Of a stretch of 63,416 bases of DNA, positions 61,755 to 63,416 are shown one piece after another. Below the pieces are notes generated by a model. The model ran no database searches, was not told the origin of the DNA, and was given only the letters and a program-made list of their open reading frames with translations. Source of the DNA: Solirubrobacterales bacterium (lineage in GTDB: Bacteria > Actinomycetota > Thermoleophilia > Solirubrobacterales > 70-9). A program made the position numbers and the translations under genes. The stretch is from contig JBBDYO010000047.1 of the NCBI GenBank assembly GCA_040901495.1, positions 1-63,416 of the forward strand, written 5' to 3'. Numbering within the stretch: position 1 is the first letter of the stretch; every line of letters begins with the position of its first letter.

Positions 61755-61785
61755 ACGCGCAGACCAGCGCCAGTGAAGACGAGGG

Positions 61786-63416
61786 CTAGTAGGTCTCGAC
61801 GATCTCGTAAAGCGTCGTGCGCTGGGCTGGGGCGCGGCCGCCGGCGCGCGCGGCCTCGATCAGCTGCTCGGGCTCCAGCCGCACACCGTGCTGGGAGCCG
61901 GCCATCCGCGAGATGTTCTCCTCCATCAGCGTGCCGCCGAGGTCGTTGACCCCCCAGCGCAGCGCCTCGGTAGCGGCCCCAAGGCCCATCTTCACCCAGC
62001 TGGCCTGCAGGTTGGGGATCGTTTTGCCCAGCGCCAGCCGGAACGCCGCCGTGTGCTTGAGGTTCTCATCAGAGGTGATCTCCTCGATCCCGTGGGTGCG
62101 GCCGAGCATCGTGTTGAACGGGATGAAGCTAAGCGGGACGAACTCGGTGATGCCGCCGGTCCGCTCCTGCAGCGAGCGGATCACCCGCATGTGGCGGGCA
62201 AGCTCGCGGGGCTCCTCGATGTGGCCGAACATCACCGTCGAGGTCGAGCGCAGGCCTGCCCGGTGGGAGGCTTCGATGATCTCCACCCAGCGGTCAACCG
62301 GCAGCTTGTTCGGCGAGATCCGCTGGCGGACCCCGTCGTCGAGCACCTCGGCCGCCGTCCCCGGCGTCGACCCCAGCCCGCACTCCTGCAGGTAGGCGAA
62401 GACCTCGTCCGGGCCCTTGCCCGAGCGCTCGCACATGTAGTGGACCTCCATCGGCGAGTAGGCGTGCAGGTGCAACTGCGGCGCGACCTCCTTCGCCAGC
62501 CGCAGCCACTTGCCGTACTCCTCCAGGGTCAGGTCGGGATGGATCCCGCCCTGCATGCAGATCTCCGTCGCGCCGAACTCGACCGCTTCCAGGATCCGCG
62601 CGGCGAAGTCCTCCTCGGAGACCTCGTAGGCGTCGGGGGAGCGGCGCCCCTGCCCGAACCCGCAGAAGGCGCAGCCGACCACGCAGATGTTGGTGAAGTT
62701 GATGTTCCGGTTGACGACGAACGTGACCCGGTCGCCAACCAGCTCAGCCCGCAGCTCATCGGCGGCGGCGCGCATCTCCTCGATCACCTCAGGGCGCGTC
62801 TCGGCAAAGAGCGCGGTCAGCTCGTCCTCACTCAGCTCCTTTCCCTCGCGCCCCTTGGCGATCCCCACGGGGGCAAGGCCCGGGTTAAGCGACTCCTCGC
62901 GACGCCGCCCCGAACCGCTGCGCGGGATGAAGCTCCAGTACTTCAGCTTGATCACGTCAAGGACCCCCTGCTCCATCCACTCGGGGTCCATGTACTGGGG
63001 ATAGACGCAGAGCCTCTCGGTCAGCGCGTACCCCCGCGGCGCCAGGCCCTTCCGCACCTCGTGCGGGCTGGGAAACGCATGCTCGGGAGAGATGTGATCC
63101 CCATTCGCCGACAGCCCGCCAAGGTCCGTCGCCCCCGCTTCCACCAGCTCAGCCCACCAATCCGAGAGATTGGGGGGAATCTGGATGCCGACGTCCGGCA
63201 TCAATCGCTGGCACTCGCCCACCAGCCGCTTGATCTCCTCGATGCCGATCGGGGTTGACCAAGCTGGAGGCTCGAGCAGTTCGCCTTCGGGCGGCTCCAT
63301 GGCCGAGGTCGAAGACCCCCCCGACGGAAACTCTGGGAGCGGCAAAGGCTTCGATCCTCCATTCCCGTTGTACGTACGGTTTTCGGCGGGGGGGTCTTCG
63401 ACCTCGGCCCATCGGC
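61786..63416 (-). CDS. fbiC: bifunctional FO synthase FbiC (CofG C-terminal part plus CofH), 5' end outside the window
   Basis: CofH radical-SAM motif CVVGCAFCGF. CofG-type IQIPPNL and DLGGLSANGDHISPEHAFP motifs. The frame stays open upstream of the TTG at 63345 to the window edge. Confidence 0.8.
   Translation of the reverse strand, partial: RWAEVEDPPAENRTYNGNGGSKPLPLPEFPSGGSSTSAMEPPEGELLEPPAWSTPIGIEEIKRLVGECQRLMPDVGIQIPPNLSDWWAELVEAGATDLGGLSANGDHISPEHAFPSPHEVRKGLAPRGYALTERLCVYPQYMDPEWMEQGVLDVIKLKYWSFIPRSGSGRRREESLNPGLAPVGIAKGREGKELSEDELTALFAETRPEVIEEMRAAADELRAELVGDRVTFVVNRNINFTNICVVGCAFCGFGQGRRSPDAYEVSEEDFAARILEAVEFGATEICMQGGIHPDLTLEEYGKWLRLAKEVAPQLHLHAYSPMEVHYMCERSGKGPDEVFAYLQECGLGSTPGTAAEVLDDGVRQRISPNKLPVDRWVEIIEASHRAGLRSTSTVMFGHIEEPRELARHMRVIRSLQERTGGITEFVPLSFIPFNTMLGRTHGIEEITSDENLKHTAAFRLALGKTIPNLQASWVKMGLGAATEALRWGVNDLGGTLMEENISRMAGSQHGVRLEPEQLIEAARAGGRAPAQRTTLYEIVETY
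63301..63409. repeat. 109-nt palindromic element inside the fbiC coding sequence
   Basis: GGCCGAGGTCGAAGACCCCCCC (63301-63322) is the exact reverse complement of 63388-63409, with a 65-nt lower-GC spacer. Confidence 0.8.

Overview
Very GC-rich, actinobacterial-type chromosomal segment, possibly a Thermoleophilia or Solirubrobacterales-like organism (a weak guess from protein style only). It is mostly densely packed housekeeping and accessory genes on both strands.

Gene content, left to right:
- Tad/Flp pilus block (tadB-like, cpaF, cpaB) with an embedded two-component system and a DUF192 gene.
- A degenerate Rho-like protein, then glpD and a small nitroreductase.
- A cobalamin-riboswitch-controlled ECF-type transporter operon: two secreted DUF4430 proteins, EcfT, a tandem-NBD EcfA, and an S-component fused to a terpene-cyclase-like toroid.
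- Secreted trypsin-like proteases, a DEAD-box helicase, an F420-dependent DDN-family enzyme, and a 7-repeat propeller-like secreted protein.
- A divergent tRNA-Glu/tRNA-Leu pair with a perfect LexA-type palindrome and a free-standing LAGLIDADG/HTH gene.
- Sulfate ABC transporter (sbp-cysTWA) and a PhoD-like phosphatase.
- Copper operon: YcnI-like, CopC/CopD, multicopper oxidase.
- A lower-GC accessory patch: ORF6N gene, orphan secreted proteins, gene remnants, an RTX-like calcium-binding protein and scattered tRNAs (Pro, Gly, Trp, Leu, Leu).
- A leucine/ketone-body catabolic cluster: acetoacetate-CoA ligase, carboxyltransferase, HMG-CoA lyase.
- An F420 biosynthesis cluster: F420 reductase, cofD, cofC, cofE, and fbiC, which runs off the window.

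Most interesting observations:
1. The B12-riboswitch ECF operon, whose accessory parts look like a transcobalamin split into separate proteins.
2. Long perfect palindromic elements sitting in-frame inside coding sequences: the ecfA linker (exactly 120 nt) and fbiC.
3. A Cheo-type SOS box overlapping a TACAAT -10 upstream of tRNA-Leu and the LAGLIDADG gene.
4. A shared TCAAGAAAC operator-like motif in three AT-rich promoters.
5. Signal peptides and a Rossmann motif encoded upstream of the first canonical start codon, suggesting CTG or other non-canonical starts.

No CRISPR array, rRNA, integrase or transposase gene was seen.
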